Positions 30,978 through 42,310 of a stretch of 64,000 bases of DNA are shown here, in pieces. The notes under the pieces are model-generated. The model ran no database searches, was not told where the DNA came from, and worked only from the letters and a program-made list of their open reading frames with translations. Position numbers and translations under genes: made by a program. The stretch comes from Vulcanimicrobiota bacterium (GTDB lineage Bacteria; Vulcanimicrobiota; Vulcanimicrobiia; Vulcanimicrobiales; Vulcanimicrobiaceae), in NCBI GenBank assembly GCA_963733295.1, contig CAVTCS010000003.1:640001-704000 (forward strand), read 5' to 3'. The number at the start of each line of letters is the position of its first letter. The first letter of the stretch is position 1.

Positions 30978-32033
30978 GTGGACGAACGTCGTGGATGGCG
31001 TAGAAGTCTTATCTCGCTTGCAGCCGCGGTCGGCGCTTCGGCTCTCGTTCTCGGGCCGGCTGTCGCCGCAACGCAGATAACCGGAGCCGGAGCGACCTTC
31101 CCGTACCCGTTTTTTTCTAAGGCATTTTACGCGTATAGTCAGTCGCACCCGGATGTGAACATCAACTACCAGTCGATTGGGAGCGGCGGCGGCATCCAGC
31201 AGTTCACTGCGAAGACCGTCGATTTCGGCGCCTCGGACGTACCCATGAACGCGGAAGAGCTGAAGCGTGCGGAAGCCTCCGGGGGGCCGGTGATTCAGTT
31301 TCCCACCACTCTGGGCGGGGAGGCGATCACGTACAATCTCCCGGTCGTCATCAAGGGCGGTCTGAGGCTGACGCGTGAGCTCGTAGCTGAGATCTACTTG
31401 GGAAAAATCACGAAGTGGAACGATTCCGCAATCGTCAAGCTCAACCCCGGCAACGAGCTGCCGGACCTAACGATTGTCCCCGTGAACCGGTCCGACGGGT
31501 CGGGCACCACGTACCACTTTACCGATTTCCTCGCCTCGGTCTCTCCCGAGTGGAAGAAGAAGGTGGGGACGGCAAAGAGCGTGCAATGGCCCGCGGCAGG
31601 CAGCGTCGGTGGGAAGGGAAACGAAGGCGTTGCCGGCCAAGTCCGTCAAACGCCCGGAGCGATCGGTTACGTTGAGCTCGCCTACGTGATAGAGAACCAT
31701 ATGAATCAAGCGATGATTCAAAATAGAGCGGGTAAGTGGCAGTTCTGTACCGCGGCCGGCGTGAAAGCCGCAGCTGCAACGAAGCCTGCCGTATCGCCGA
31801 CGGACTTCTCCATCGTCGACACATCACCGACTGACGCGTGGCCCATCTCGGGCTTTTCGTGGGGAATGGTGTACAAGAACCCGAGCGATAAAGTGCGCGC
31901 CAAGCTCGTGCGAGACGCGCTCGAGTGGTTGGTGACCGAAGGACAACCGATTGCCGGAACCCTGGACTACGTACCGCTGCCATCGGCGGTGCAGGAGTAC
32001 GCGAAGAAGCAACTTGACGGGATGAGCGTCTAA
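30978..32033 (+). CDS. pstS: Phosphate ABC transporter substrate-binding protein
   Basis: GAGATFPYP, INYQSIGSGGG, DFGASD, RSDGSGT, GKGNEGV; AAGGAG RBS. Confidence 0.96.
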   Translation: MDERRGWRRSLISLAAAVGASALVLGPAVAATQITGAGATFPYPFFSKAFYAYSQSHPDVNINYQSIGSGGGIQQFTAKTVDFGASDVPMNAEELKRAEASGGPVIQFPTTLGGEAITYNLPVVIKGGLRLTRELVAEIYLGKITKWNDSAIVKLNPGNELPDLTIVPVNRSDGSGTTYHFTDFLASVSPEWKKKVGTAKSVQWPAAGSVGGKGNEGVAGQVRQTPGAIGYVELAYVIENHMNQAMIQNRAGKWQFCTAAGVKAAAATKPAVSPTDFSIVDTSPTDAWPISGFSWGMVYKNPSDKVRAKLVRDALEWLVTEGQPIAGTLDYVPLPSAVQEYAKKQLDGMSV

Positions 32034-32053
32034 GCTCAACGGAACCTGGCCAC

Positions 32054-32080
32054 CGAGGGGCGCGTTGCACGCGCCCCTCG
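32054..32080 (+). other. Intercistronic 12-bp hairpin between pstS and pstC (mRNA stabiliser/attenuator)
   Basis: CGAGGGGCGCGT-TGC-ACGCGCCCCTCG. Confidence 0.6.
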
Positions 32081-32084
32081 CCCC

Positions 32085-33086
32085 GTGATCTCAACGGAAG
32101 TTTTGGCGACTTTGCAAGACGTAGCGCCCCCGCGGCCGGGGCCGAAGGGCAGCCTGACCGTCTCAGACAGCATGCGCAGCTCGCGTCATGCCGACCGGCT
32201 CTTCATGTGGGCCGTGTATGGTTCGAGCGCGCTGTTCGTGCTCGTCGTCGTAGGCCTTTTCGTGGAGCTCGTCTCGGGCTCGTGGCTTGCTTTGCGGACT
32301 TTCGGCTTGAGCTTCCTTTGGACGAGCCAGTGGAATCCCGTGACCAATCAGTTTGGCGCTTTGCCGCTGATCTACGGCACGGTCGTCAGCTCCGGGATAG
32401 GCATCCTCCTCGCGGGCGGGATAGGGATTTTCGCCGCCGCGTACCTTTCGGATTTTGCGCCGAAGCTCGTTGCGCAGCCGCTCGTGTTCATGATCGAGAT
32501 GCTCGCCGCCGTCCCTAGCGTCGTTTTCGGCCTTTGGGGCCTTTTTGTGCTCGCGCCGATCCTGAGAAATTATGTCGACCCCTTCTTGCAAGCAAAGTTC
32601 GGGTTCTTGCCGATCTTTTCGGGGCCGATTTACGGCACGTCGTTATTTACCGCCGGTGTCATTTTGGCGATCATGATCGTCCCCACAGTGACGGCGATCT
32701 CGCGCGAGGTGATCAAGGCCATCCCGAACGACCTGCGCGAGGGTTCCGCTTCGCTTGGAGCGACGCGTTGGGAAACGATGTGGAAGGTCGTGCTTCCCGC
32801 AGCTCGCGTCGGCATCTTCGGCTCGCTGATCCTCGCGCTCGGACGAGCGCTCGGCGAGACCATCGCGGTCACTATGGTCGTCGGAAACAAGCCGGCCATC
32901 GCTGCTTCGCTGTTCTCTCCCGGGTACACGCTTCCGAGCGTCATCGCAAACGAATTCACCGAAGCCACGACCGACGTTTATCTCAGCGCGCTCATCGAGC
33001 TCGGGCTCGTCCTTTTCATCGTCAGCATGATCGTAAACGGCGTCGCGAGATTTCTCACGCTAACTGTTATGCGGGGAAGCCGCTGA
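32085..33086 (+). CDS. pstC: Phosphate ABC transporter permease
   Basis: [36 protein letters not shown]. Confidence 0.95.
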   Translation: MISTEVLATLQDVAPPRPGPKGSLTVSDSMRSSRHADRLFMWAVYGSSALFVLVVVGLFVELVSGSWLALRTFGLSFLWTSQWNPVTNQFGALPLIYGTVVSSGIGILLAGGIGIFAAAYLSDFAPKLVAQPLVFMIEMLAAVPSVVFGLWGLFVLAPILRNYVDPFLQAKFGFLPIFSGPIYGTSLFTAGVILAIMIVPTVTAISREVIKAIPNDLREGSASLGATRWETMWKVVLPAARVGIFGSLILALGRALGETIAVTMVVGNKPAIAASLFSPGYTLPSVIANEFTEATTDVYLSALIELGLVLFIVSMIVNGVARFLTLTVMRGSR

Positions 33087-33974
33087 GTGGCGAGCGCAGT
33101 CGTGGAGGGTCTTTCGGGCGCGCCCGGGGCCGATCGCAATTTGCGATTGCGGCACGCCTCGAGCGCCGTCGGCGTCGGTTTTGCCGCGCTTTGCTCCGGC
33201 GTCGCCGCTTCGACGCTCTTAATCATCTTCGGCTACGTCATCGTCCAGGGCATCACCGCCATCAATCCCGCTTTCTTTTTAGCGCTGCCGCGGCCGGTCG
33301 GAATGACGGGGGGCGGCGTTGCGAACGGGATCGTCGGCAGCTTCATCATGGTCGGAATTGCCGCCGTCATCGCGGCGCCCGTTGGAATCCTCGTCGGGAT
33401 ATTTCTCTCGCTCTTCAGCAAGGGCGCGGTCGCCGAAGGCGTGCGTTTCCTCGCAGACGTGCTATCGGGAGTTCCGAGCATCGCGATCGGCCTTTTTGCC
33501 TACACGCTTTTCGTTGCGCCGTTCAAGCACTTCTCGGCGCTCTCGGCGTCGGTCGCGTTCGCGATCCTCATGCTGCCGATCATCATCCGAACGTCCGAAG
33601 AAGCGATCCGGAGCGTCCCGCCGACTATCCGCGAGGGCGCCCTCGCACTCGGAATGTCGGCCTACTCCGCGACGGTGCGCATCGTCGTGCCCGCCGCCCG
33701 TTCGGCGATCATCACGGGTTTGCTGCTCGGTATCGCACGGGTGACCGGCGAGACCGCGCCGCTGCTATTCACCGCGTTTGGAAGCCAGTTCTGGGAGCTC
33801 AACCCGACAAATCCAATGGCGGAACTCTCACTGCAGGTCTTCACCTACGCCATCTCTCCCTACGACGACTGGCATCGCCAGGCGTGGGCCGGCGCGCTCA
33901 TCTTGATCGTGGTCGTTTTCCTGTTGAATCTGTTCGCGCGCATCGCCCTGCGTTCACGGGTGGCGGCAAGATGA
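33087..33974 (+). CDS. pstA: Phosphate ABC transporter permease
   Basis: [27 protein letters not shown]. Confidence 0.95.
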   Translation: MASAVVEGLSGAPGADRNLRLRHASSAVGVGFAALCSGVAASTLLIIFGYVIVQGITAINPAFFLALPRPVGMTGGGVANGIVGSFIMVGIAAVIAAPVGILVGIFLSLFSKGAVAEGVRFLADVLSGVPSIAIGLFAYTLFVAPFKHFSALSASVAFAILMLPIIIRTSEEAIRSVPPTIREGALALGMSAYSATVRIVVPAARSAIITGLLLGIARVTGETAPLLFTAFGSQFWELNPTNPMAELSLQVFTYAISPYDDWHRQAWAGALILIVVVFLLNLFARIALRSRVAAR

Positions 33975-34795
33975 CGGTTTGGACTCAACCCGAGCGAGCG
34001 AGCGAGCAAATCGCCGACGCGCCTGCTCTGGCGACGGAAAACCTTTCCGTTTACTACGGGAAGCGGATCGCTGTCGAAGGTGTGAGCATTGCTTTTCCGC
34101 GCAAGGGCGTGACTTCGCTAATCGGCCCCTCAGGTTGCGGAAAGACGACAATCTTGCGCAGCCTCAACCGAATTCACGAAACCGCGAGTCAAGGCGGAAC
34201 GGTTACGGGGAAAGTCTTGCTCGACGGCGAGGACATCTACGGGCCTGACGTCAATCCCGTCGCGGTCCGGCGACGAATAGGGATGGTATTCCAACGGGCT
34301 AACCCTTTCCCGACGATGTCGATAGCCGACGACACCGTCTCCGGCCTGCGCTTCGCGATGGGCATCCGCTCGAAGAACGTACTGCGCGAGGCGGCCGAAC
34401 GCGCGTTACGCCTCGCATTTCTCTGGGACGAGGTTAAGGATAAGCTAGGCAATCCCGGGGTCTCGCTCTCGGGCGGACAACAGCAGCGCTTGTGTATCGC
34501 GCGAGCGCTGGCTACGGATCCCGAGATTCTCCTCATGGACGAGTCGACGTCGGCTCTCGACCCGATCGCAACGGCTCAAATCGAGGAGTTGATGGCGTCG
34601 CTGGCACGGGACTATACGATTATTGCCGTCACGCACAATATGCAGCAGGCGGCTCGCGTCTCCGAATACACGGCCTTCATGTTGGCCGGCGAAGAACGGA
34701 TTGGACGTCTCGTCGAATTCGGAGAGACCAAGCAAATGTTTACGCGACCGAAAGAGAAGCGGACGGAAGATTACATTACGGGAAGGTTCGGGTAA
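33971..34795 (+). CDS. pstB: Phosphate ABC transporter ATPase (copy 1)
   Basis: [43 protein letters not shown]. Confidence 0.95.
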   Translation: MTVWTQPERASEQIADAPALATENLSVYYGKRIAVEGVSIAFPRKGVTSLIGPSGCGKTTILRSLNRIHETASQGGTVTGKVLLDGEDIYGPDVNPVAVRRRIGMVFQRANPFPTMSIADDTVSGLRFAMGIRSKNVLREAAERALRLAFLWDEVKDKLGNPGVSLSGGQQQRLCIARALATDPEILLMDESTSALDPIATAQIEELMASLARDYTIIAVTHNMQQAARVSEYTAFMLAGEERIGRLVEFGETKQMFTRPKEKRTEDYITGRFG

Positions 34796-34799
34796 TTCG

Positions 34800-35579
34800 G
34801 TGTTGGCGGAAGCGCGTATCTTGCCGGCGCAGAAGATGTCCGTCGAAGACCTCAATGTGTACTACGGCGACTTTCACGCGCTCCGCGACGCATCGTTGCA
34901 GATTCAAGCGAACCATATCACGGCGTTGATCGGTCCGTCGGGTTGTGGCAAGTCAACCTTTCTCCGCGCGCTCAACCGCATGCACGATCTCACCCCCAGC
35001 GCCCGGGTGATCGGTTCGGTCACGCTGGATGGCGTGGACATCTACGGGCGTCAGGTCGACGCCGACTCGATACGCCACCGTATTGGAATGGTCTTCCAGC
35101 GGCCTAACCCGTTCCCGCAGTCGATCTTCGACAACGTCGTGTATGGTTGCCGCTTGCAGGGCGAGCGAAATCGGAAGCAGCTGATGGAGATCTGCGAACT
35201 CAGCTTGCGTCAGGCGGCGCTCTGGGACGAAGTCAAGGATCGCCTCGACCGCTCCGCGCTCGGTTTGTCAGGTGGACAGCAGCAACGCCTGTGCATCGCT
35301 CGCGTGATTGCCGTCAAGCCGCAAGTAATTCTCATGGACGAGCCTGCCGCGGCCCTCGATCCGATCGCGACGTCAAAGATCGAAGACTTGCTGGAAGTGT
35401 TGAAGCGCGACTATACGGTCGTCATCGTGACGCACTCGATGCAGCAAGCCGCACGCGTCTCCGACATCACGGCTTTTTTCTTGCTCGGCGAGTTGATCGA
35501 AGTCGGCGCGACGGCCGACATCTTTACCAAGCCGAAAGACAAGCGCACCGAGGATTACATCACCGGACGCTTCGGATAA
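34800..35579 (+). CDS. pstB: Phosphate ABC transporter ATPase (copy 2)
   Basis: [44 protein letters not shown]. Confidence 0.95.
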   Translation: MLAEARILPAQKMSVEDLNVYYGDFHALRDASLQIQANHITALIGPSGCGKSTFLRALNRMHDLTPSARVIGSVTLDGVDIYGRQVDADSIRHRIGMVFQRPNPFPQSIFDNVVYGCRLQGERNRKQLMEICELSLRQAALWDEVKDRLDRSALGLSGGQQQRLCIARVIAVKPQVILMDEPAAALDPIATSKIEDLLEVLKRDYTVVIVTHSMQQAARVSDITAFFLLGELIEVGATADIFTKPKDKRTEDYITGRFG

Positions 35580-35753
35580 GGCGATCGGCTCGGTGTAGCT
35601 CTCTATCGCGACAGATGAGGCTCTCATGTAAAGATCCGCACGGCTGAGGAAGCCTTCCCCTGAAGCCTCGAAGAGTTGCGAGGGGACCCGACGAAGTCCG
35701 CGCGGATGCTCGCGCAAACCGGCACGGTTCCGTCTGGGAAGCTCCCCGCGCAC

Positions 35754-36792
35754 ATGAGCGCCCTGCGCAAGCTCAGCGCCGCTCCAGGCCTTACGTTGCA
35801 AGATACCGCCGTGCCGGAGACGGGACCGACCGACGTCCTCATTCGCGTGCGCAAGGCCGGGATCTGCGGAACCGACGGTCATATCTTCAGATGGGACGCT
35901 TGGGCTCAACGCCGCGTTCATCCGCCCATGACGGTCGGTCACGAATTCATGGGCTCGGTCGCGGCCGTCGGCGAAGCGGTTCGAGGAATCGTTCCCGGCG
36001 ATCGCGTCTCTGCCGAAGGGCACATCTCGTGCGGGGCGTGCCTTCTCTGCCGCACCGGCGAAGCGCACATCTGCGAGCACGTGCAGATCATCGGCGTCGA
36101 TTGCGACGGCGCGTTTGCCGACTACATCCGCATGCCGGCGGTCAACGTCTGGCCGCTCGATCCCGGAATTCCGGACGACGTCGGTGCGATCTTCGACCCG
36201 CTCGGCAATGCGGTGCACACGGTGATGGCGGCGGGCGTCAGCGCCAAGAGCGTCGTGATCACCGGCGTTGGATCGATCGGCTTGATGGCGATCCCGGTCG
36301 CACGCGCCGCCGGGGCGGCCCTGGTGTTCGCGGTCGACGTGAACCGCGAGAAGCTCGCGCTTGCCGAACGGGTCGGAGCCGACGCGGTTTTCGAGGCGAG
36401 CGATCCGAACCTCGTACGACGAGATCTTGCGCCGCACCGGGGGCGATGGAGCCGACGTGCTCCTCGAAATGTCGGGCAGCGCTTCGGCGATCGATTCCGG
36501 ACTGCATCTCCTGCGCAACGGCGGGAGGGCCGCGCTCCTCGGAATCCCGCCCGACGACGTCAAGATCAATCTCGCCGAACGGATCATCTTCAAGGGCTTA
36601 ACCGTGCTTGGCATCAATGGGCGCAAGATGTTCGAGACGTGGTATCAAACGCAGGCTCTCGTCAAGAGCGGACGCGTCGACCTGCGGCCGATCATCACGC
36701 AACGGCTGCCGCTCGAGAGCTATGCCGAGGGCTTCGAGTTGATGCGCTCGGGCAAAGCAGCGAAGATCGTCTTCGACGTGGAGGGCGCGTGA
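35754..36792 (+). CDS. tdh: L-threonine 3-dehydrogenase (frameshift near 36420)
   Basis: GICGTDGHI, GHEF, EGHISCGAC..C..HIC, DPLGNAVH, GRKMFETW; adjacent to kbl. Confidence 0.92.
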
Positions 36793-36793
36793 A

Positions 36794-38005
36794 GTGAACC
36801 GGAATTTCGAAAACGCTCTGCAAGAGGAACTCGACGCGCTTGAAGTCCGCGGGGACGTACAAGCGCTTGCGGCACCTGACGACGCCGATGGCGGCCGAGA
36901 CGCCACATGGAAGAAGCCGGCGACGTCATCGTGCTCTCGAGCAACAACTATCTCGGTTTGGCGGACGATCCCGAGGTCGTCGCGGCCGGCATTGCGGGGC
37001 TGAAGAAGTACGGCGCGGGGACCGCTTCGGTGCGCTTCATCTGCGGAACGTTCGACATCCACCGGACGCTCGAAGCGAAGATCGCCTCCTTCCTCGGCAC
37101 CGAGTCGGCGCTGACCTACGTCTCGTGCTGGACGGCCAACGAAGGCCTGCTGCCGACGGTCGGGACGGCCGGCAACACGCTGATCTCAGATGAATTGAAC
37201 CACGCCTCGATCATCGACGGCTGCCGGCTCGCGGCCGCCAAGCGCGTTCGCTACAAGCACGGTGACATGGCCGATCTCGAGGCTCGCTTGACGCGAGGCG
37301 CAAGGCACCGCGTTCATCGTGACCGACGGCGTTTTCTCGATGGAAGGCTAGCCTCGCGAAGCTGCCCGAGATCGTCGCGCTGGCCAAGAAGTACGGCGCC
37401 GTCACCATCGTCGACGACAGCCACGGCACCGGCGTCATGGGCGAGACCGGGCGTGGGACCATCGAACACTTCGGGCTGACGGGAAAAATCGACATCGTCA
37501 CCGGCACGCTTGGCAAGGCCCTCGGCGGGGCCGCCGGCGGCTTCGTCGCCGGCAGCCGAGCGTTGATCGACACGCTCATTCAACGCTCGCGCACGCAGCT
37601 GTTCTCCAACGCCCTGCCGGCGACGGTCGCGGCCAGCGCGCTGCGTTCGATCGAGTTGTTGGAGACGCGTCCGGAGCAGGTCGCGAAGCTGCGCGAGAAC
37701 ACCGCGTTATTTCCGCGCCGGGCTCGAGCGTCTCGGCTTCAGACCGCTTGAAGGTCCGAGTGCGATCGTTCCGATCATCGTCGGCGATACGGCGTTCGCG
37801 ATTGCGATGAGCGAGCAGCTGTTGCGCGAGGGCGATTTTCGTAACGGGGTTCGGCTTTCCGGTCGTGCCGGAGGGTACGGCGCGCGTCCGCGTGCAGATG
37901 AGCGCGGCGCTCGAGCGCGAGCAACTCGAGCGGGCTCTCGCGGCGTTCGAGCGGGTGGGACGGGAGCTGGGCGTCCTCGAGGGGCAGGAAGTCGCGCCAA
38001 AGTAA
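36794..38005 (+). CDS. kbl: Glycine C-acetyltransferase (2-amino-3-ketobutyrate CoA ligase), several frameshifts
   Basis: SSNNYLGL, ASVRFICGT, SDELNHASIIDG, DDSHG, GTLGKALGGA, LFSNAL. Confidence 0.9.
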
Positions 38006-38174
38006 GCGCGACTGCCCCGTCCGATCGGATCATCCATTCGGCTATTCCACCCGGCGTCGAGCCTTCACGTTCTCTTCTTTTGGGCAGGAAGTTGCGCCAA
38101 ACGGTTAAATTCGGGAACACTTCTTGCCACTAAACATAAGGCGGCGCCGGACGCCGCGCGGAGTGAATTCCAGC

Positions 38175-38675
38175 ATGTTGAGACCTTTCGTTGGAACGCT
38201 GGCTTTGGCAGCGGGCCTAACCGGCGTTCTCGGAGGTATCGCGTTCGCGCAGACTCCGGCGCAATTCACGCTTGGATTCCCTTGGCAGCGCAATAGCACC
38301 GACGCGGCGCCGGCTTCGGATTCGACGCGCAAGCAAACTCAGTGGCACATCAGCGGCGGCGGCTCAGACTCGTTCACGATGGTCGATGACAGCGCCGCAT
38401 CGTACGCCGATTCGCTCGCGGCCATCCTGAAGAACTTTTCCGACAATCACGTGAAGCCCGCGATCAACAAAGACTTCACCTGTGCGGGAAAGGCCGGCCA
38501 TGTGGTCGAGTTCGCGGCGGGGCCCGATGGCCATCAGTTGATCATCAACCGACTCCTCTTGCCGGAGACGCCCACCTCCGGCCTTTTGACCTTCACCTAC
38601 GTGCGCATGGATAAGGACTGGGATCCGGCGGTCATCAAAGCGATGACCGCTTACTGCGGGGTTTCTCCAGTCTAG
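38175..38675 (+). CDS. Secreted hypothetical protein
   Basis: Signal peptide ending AFA; two Cys; convergent with fibre paralog 1. Confidence 0.7.
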   Translation: MLRPFVGTLALAAGLTGVLGGIAFAQTPAQFTLGFPWQRNSTDAAPASDSTRKQTQWHISGGGSDSFTMVDDSAASYADSLAAILKNFSDNHVKPAINKDFTCAGKAGHVVEFAAGPDGHQLIINRLLLPETPTSGLLTFTYVRMDKDWDPAVIKAMTAYCGVSPV

Positions 38676-38695
38676 CGCGCTAGATCGTCGCACCG

Positions 38696-38736
38696 AAAAG
38701 AAAATGGCCGGGTCCGTAGACCCGGCCATTCTTTTT
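38696..38736. terminator. Bidirectional intrinsic terminator
   Basis: A-tract, AATGGCCGGGTC-CGTA-GACCCGGCCATT, T-tract, between convergent genes. Confidence 0.88.
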
Positions 38737-38752
38737 GTGGGGGTTTTCCTGG

Positions 38753-40378
38753 TTAGTGTTGCGAGATGACCTTGACGACCGGCATGACGGGCCGCGCCGG
38801 ACGGGCGTACTGATGAACCGTCTCATGCCCATACTTCGCCTCTTGAAGCTTGGATCTCGCCACCATCGACGCAAACTGCGTCGAACGCGCCGCGAGAGGC
38901 TGCGCGAGGCGGTGTTGCGTGATCGCGAAGTGGGGCTTCGTCCCGGCCGCGGCCAAGCGCGTTGCGCTGTCACCAAACGGGTGCGCGACGATGCGATACT
39001 GGAACGCGAGCGTGTTGTGGCCGCCCATAAGCTCGCGAACCACGAACCCGCGCGGCGTCTTGCTCGCGACGTAGAGACCGTGGCAGTCACCCTCAGGCGT
39101 GACGAAAACGAGGTACGAACGGTTGGCGTCGATCGTGGATGCAAACGTCCGCTCGAGAGTGACGGCGGCCTGGCCGTTCACGAGTTGAGCCTCGCCGAAA
39201 TCTTCCATCGTCGGCAAGCTCTGACTCGCACCGTATGTCTTGACTTTCGCGCCGCTCGTCGTCGTCCGGACCGTCGGATTGTCCTCGCACTGGGTGCCCG
39301 CGGTCGACGGGAATTCAGCGAAGGAGCAATCCGAGTAGATCTCGCCGGTCACGTAGAGATCGCCGCTGACGTTCGCGTCAGATCCGTTACCAAACCCAAG
39401 ACCGCTGAAGTCAGCGGTGTCGCTGACAATAAACGACTCGTTGTTGGCGCCGGGACCGACATTTGAGCCGACGTCGTTGTAGGTCGAGAACGCGTACATG
39501 CCTCCGGTAAATTCTTCAGCCGCAAGGACCGGCGTGGCCGCGCCTCCGCCCTCTCCGGCAACTTCTGCTCCAACGCCGCTGTTGGTTGCGAGAATGGCGC
39601 TAGCGCCCGTAACATCGTTTGTCCCGACAAGACTCCATACGCCACTCGAGCCGGCTGTGAACCAACCCGCCGCAAATCCGGAATCGGTTGAAGAGAAGAT
39701 CCCAAAATCGCCGCCGTTATGCTGGTAGGCATCGATCGAGTCGCTCCCGCTGAGGCCTGTCGCGTAGACGCCCTGTCCGGAAGACCCCGCGGCCGCATTG
39801 GAAGCGCCGTAGAGTCCGCCGCCGACGCCCGAAACACCATAGGTTCCGTAGTTGCAGCATGCCGCGGAAAAGTCTTTACCGCCGACGCCGCCAAAACCCG
39901 TGCCCGTCGTTTCGGTCGTGCCGTATACGCCGCTTTCGGCAGTGTTATCGCCCCAAACACCGGCGAAACCGGTGCTCACGCCATAGACGGAAGCCGAAGC
40001 TCCGTTGATGTTCACTCCGAAGACACCCGGGCCGGTGTCCGAGTGCCCGAAGATTCCATACGCGGAAGTTCCCGTTGACGCCGACCAGCCGACGGTGCCC
40101 ACCGACTGGGGAGTCTGAACGTAGCCCACGACCCCGTCGATGTTGATTGCGCTCGACGCCACCGTGCCGTATCCGAACACGCCGGTGTCATTTTGAAAGC
40201 CGGTGATCCCCTTGATCGCGTAGCCGGGGGATCCGCTGGGACCGCTATCGGTGACCTTCAGCGGTCCTGGAATCGATTGCGCCGCGACGGGTCCAACGAG
40301 CCCGAGAACGAGTGCGGAGGCACCCACCAGGGCAAGCAAGGAGGACGAGCGCCGAAGCTCATTTGTGATAGAACGCAA
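38753..40378 (-). CDS. Secreted fibre-like protein, paralog 1
   Basis: AAGGAG RBS + TTG; signal peptide ..VAA-QSIPGPLKVTD; GVxG repeats; C-terminal PTMEDFGEAQLVNG..YLVFVTPEGD..FQYRIVAHP. Confidence 0.85.
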   Translation of the reverse strand: MRSITNELRRSSSLLALVGASALVLGLVGPVAAQSIPGPLKVTDSGPSGSPGYAIKGITGFQNDTGVFGYGTVASSAINIDGVVGYVQTPQSVGTVGWSASTGTSAYGIFGHSDTGPGVFGVNINGASASVYGVSTGFAGVWGDNTAESGVYGTTETTGTGFGGVGGKDFSAACCNYGTYGVSGVGGGLYGASNAAAGSSGQGVYATGLSGSDSIDAYQHNGGDFGIFSSTDSGFAAGWFTAGSSGVWSLVGTNDVTGASAILATNSGVGAEVAGEGGGAATPVLAAEEFTGGMYAFSTYNDVGSNVGPGANNESFIVSDTADFSGLGFGNGSDANVSGDLYVTGEIYSDCSFAEFPSTAGTQCEDNPTVRTTTSGAKVKTYGASQSLPTMEDFGEAQLVNGQAAVTLERTFASTIDANRSYLVFVTPEGDCHGLYVASKTPRGFVVRELMGGHNTLAFQYRIVAHPFGDSATRLAAAGTKPHFAITQHRLAQPLAARSTQFASMVARSKLQEAKYGHETVHQYARPARPVMPVVKVISQH

Positions 40379-40473
40379 AGCTGACTCCTTTTCGGAAGAA
40401 GTGAGAACCGCCAAGACAGTTCAAAAACCGTCCGCTGGACACGGACCCGAGCGGCCGCGAGCCGCTGTCGCAG

Positions 40474-40482
40474 AGTCTACCA
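40474..40482 (-). promoter_or_regulatory. Extended -10 promoter of paralog 1 (same motif at 42407-42415 for paralog 2)
   Basis: TGgTAGACT on minus strand, conserved in both duplicated units. Confidence 0.55.
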
Positions 40483-40501
40483 TAACAGCCAGGCACCTGA
40501 A

Positions 40502-40571
40502 CATGGATAAAGCCTGGGACCAGGCGGCTATCGACGCGATGACCGGATACTGCGGGGTTTCTCCGTTCTAG
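40502..40571 (+). pseudogene. Duplicated 3' remnant of the 38175-38675 gene
   Basis: MDKAWDQAAIDAMTGYCGVSPF vs MDKDWDPAVIKAMTAYCGVSPV. Confidence 0.8.
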
Positions 40572-40585
40572 CTCGCCGCACGAAC

Positions 40586-40624
40586 AAGAGAATGGCCGGG
40601 TCCGTAGACCCGGCCATTCTTTTG
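40586..40624. terminator. Intrinsic terminator (copy of 38696-38736)
   Basis: AGAATGGCCGGGTC-CGTA-GACCCGGCCATTCT-TTT. Confidence 0.85.
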
Positions 40625-40639
40625 TGGGAGTTTCCCGCG

Positions 40640-42310
40640 TTAGTGTTGCGAGATAACCTTGACGACCGGGGGCGCCGGTAGCGTCGGTCGCGTCGGGATG
40701 TGAACGGTTTGATGCCCAAACTTCGCTACTTGAGCCTTGGATTTCGCCAACATCGACGCAAACTGCGTTGAACGCGTCGCGAGAGGCTGCGCGAGGCGGT
40801 GTTGCGTGATTGCGAAGTGAGGTTTCGTGCCGGCCGCAGCCAAGCGCGTCGAGGCGTCACCGAATGGATGCCCGACAATGCGATATTGGAATCCGAGAGT
40901 GCTATGGCCGCTCCTGGATTCGCGCACGATGAAACCGTTCGGGGTCTTGCTCGCGACGTAGAGTCCGTTGCTATCGCCTTCGGGTGTAATAAAGACGAGG
41001 TACGAGCGCGCGCGGTCGATGGTCGAAGCAAACGTCCGCTCGAGAGAGACGGCAGCCTGACCGTTCACGAGTTGAGCCTCGCCGAAGTCTTCCATGGTCG
41101 GCAAGCTCTGACTCGCGCCGTACGTGTTGACTTTCGTGCCGCTCGACGTCGTTCTCGGGTGCACCAAGGGGCCGGTGCACTCGCTGGCCGCGGTCGACGG
41201 GAATTCAGAAAGGAGCAATCGGCGTAGACCTGGCCGGTCACGTAGAGATCGCCGCTGACGTTCACGTCAGACCCATTAGGCCACCCAAGTCCGCTGGAGT
41301 TAGCGGTGTCGCTGACAATAAACGACTCGTTGTTGGCGCCGGGACCGCCGCCATTTCCCGAGGTGTCGTTGTAGGTCGAGAAGGAGTACATTCCCGCGGT
41401 GTCTTCTTCAGCCGCAAGGACCGGTGTGCCCCCGCCTCCGCCCTCTCCGCCAAATATTCCGGCAGTGCCGTTGCCGAGTCCCAAGATGGCGGTAGACCCG
41501 GTATTTTGGTTTATCGCGACGAGACCCCAAGCAAGCCCACTCGTGCCAGCGTTCGTGAACCAACCCGACGCGAGTCCACTATCTGTTGAAAGAGAAGATC
41601 CCAAAACTGCCGCCGTTATGCTGGTAGGCGTCGATCGTATCGGCCCCGTTTTGGGCTAGCGCGTAGACGCCCTGTCCGTTAGCTCCGGACGCCGCGTACG
41701 AGGCTCCGTAGAGTCCCCCACCTAATTGCGAATAGCCGAAGGTCCCCCAGTTGCCGTTTACCGATGAATCGTCGGCTCCGCCCACGCCGCCCCAACCACC
41801 TGCCGTAGACGAGGTGGTGAGCCCGAACGTACCTGTGTCGGTAGTGCTTTCGCCGAAAACTCCGGCGTCTGTGCCGGCACCCAACACGCCGATGCCCCCG
41901 TTTGGATTGTTGCCGTAGACGCCCGCCGCGGCTCCATTATTGTTATATCCATAGACTCCGGGGCCGGTCGCCGAATATCCGTAGATACCGTACGCGGACG
42001 TGCCGGTCGACTGCGACCAGCCGACGATGCCGACCGACTGTGGCGTCTGGACGTAGCCCACGACGCCGTCGATATTGATGGCGCTTGAGGCCACGGTGCC
42101 GTATCCAAAGACGCCGGCGTCGTTTTGAAAGCCGGTGATCCCCTTGATCGCGTAACCGGGGGATCCGCTGGGACCGCTATCGGTGACCTTCAGCGGTCCG
42201 GGAATCGATTGCGCAGCGACGGGTCCAACGAGCCCTAGAACGAGTGCGGACGCACCCACCAGGGCTACCAAGGAGGACGAGCGCCGAAGCGCACTTGTGA
42301 TAGAACGCAA
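40640..42310 (-). CDS. Secreted fibre-like protein, paralog 2 (frameshifts near 41600 and 41210)
   Basis: Three ORF pieces collinear with paralog 1; AAGGAG + TTG start at 42310. Confidence 0.82.

Noticed and set aside
35610..35720. Hammerhead ribozyme suggested by CTGAGGA and GATGAG
   Set aside because: No correctly placed GAAA core or three-stem arrangement found
36410..37860. tdh and kbl as pseudogenes, including an apparent TAG near 37348
   Set aside because: Same single-base insertion pattern with otherwise intact motifs; the TAG disappears when the extra base is removed
41200..41610. Phase variation or silent-cassette status of fibre paralog 2
   Set aside because: Breaks are not in long simple repeats and match the window-wide error pattern; needs reads to decide
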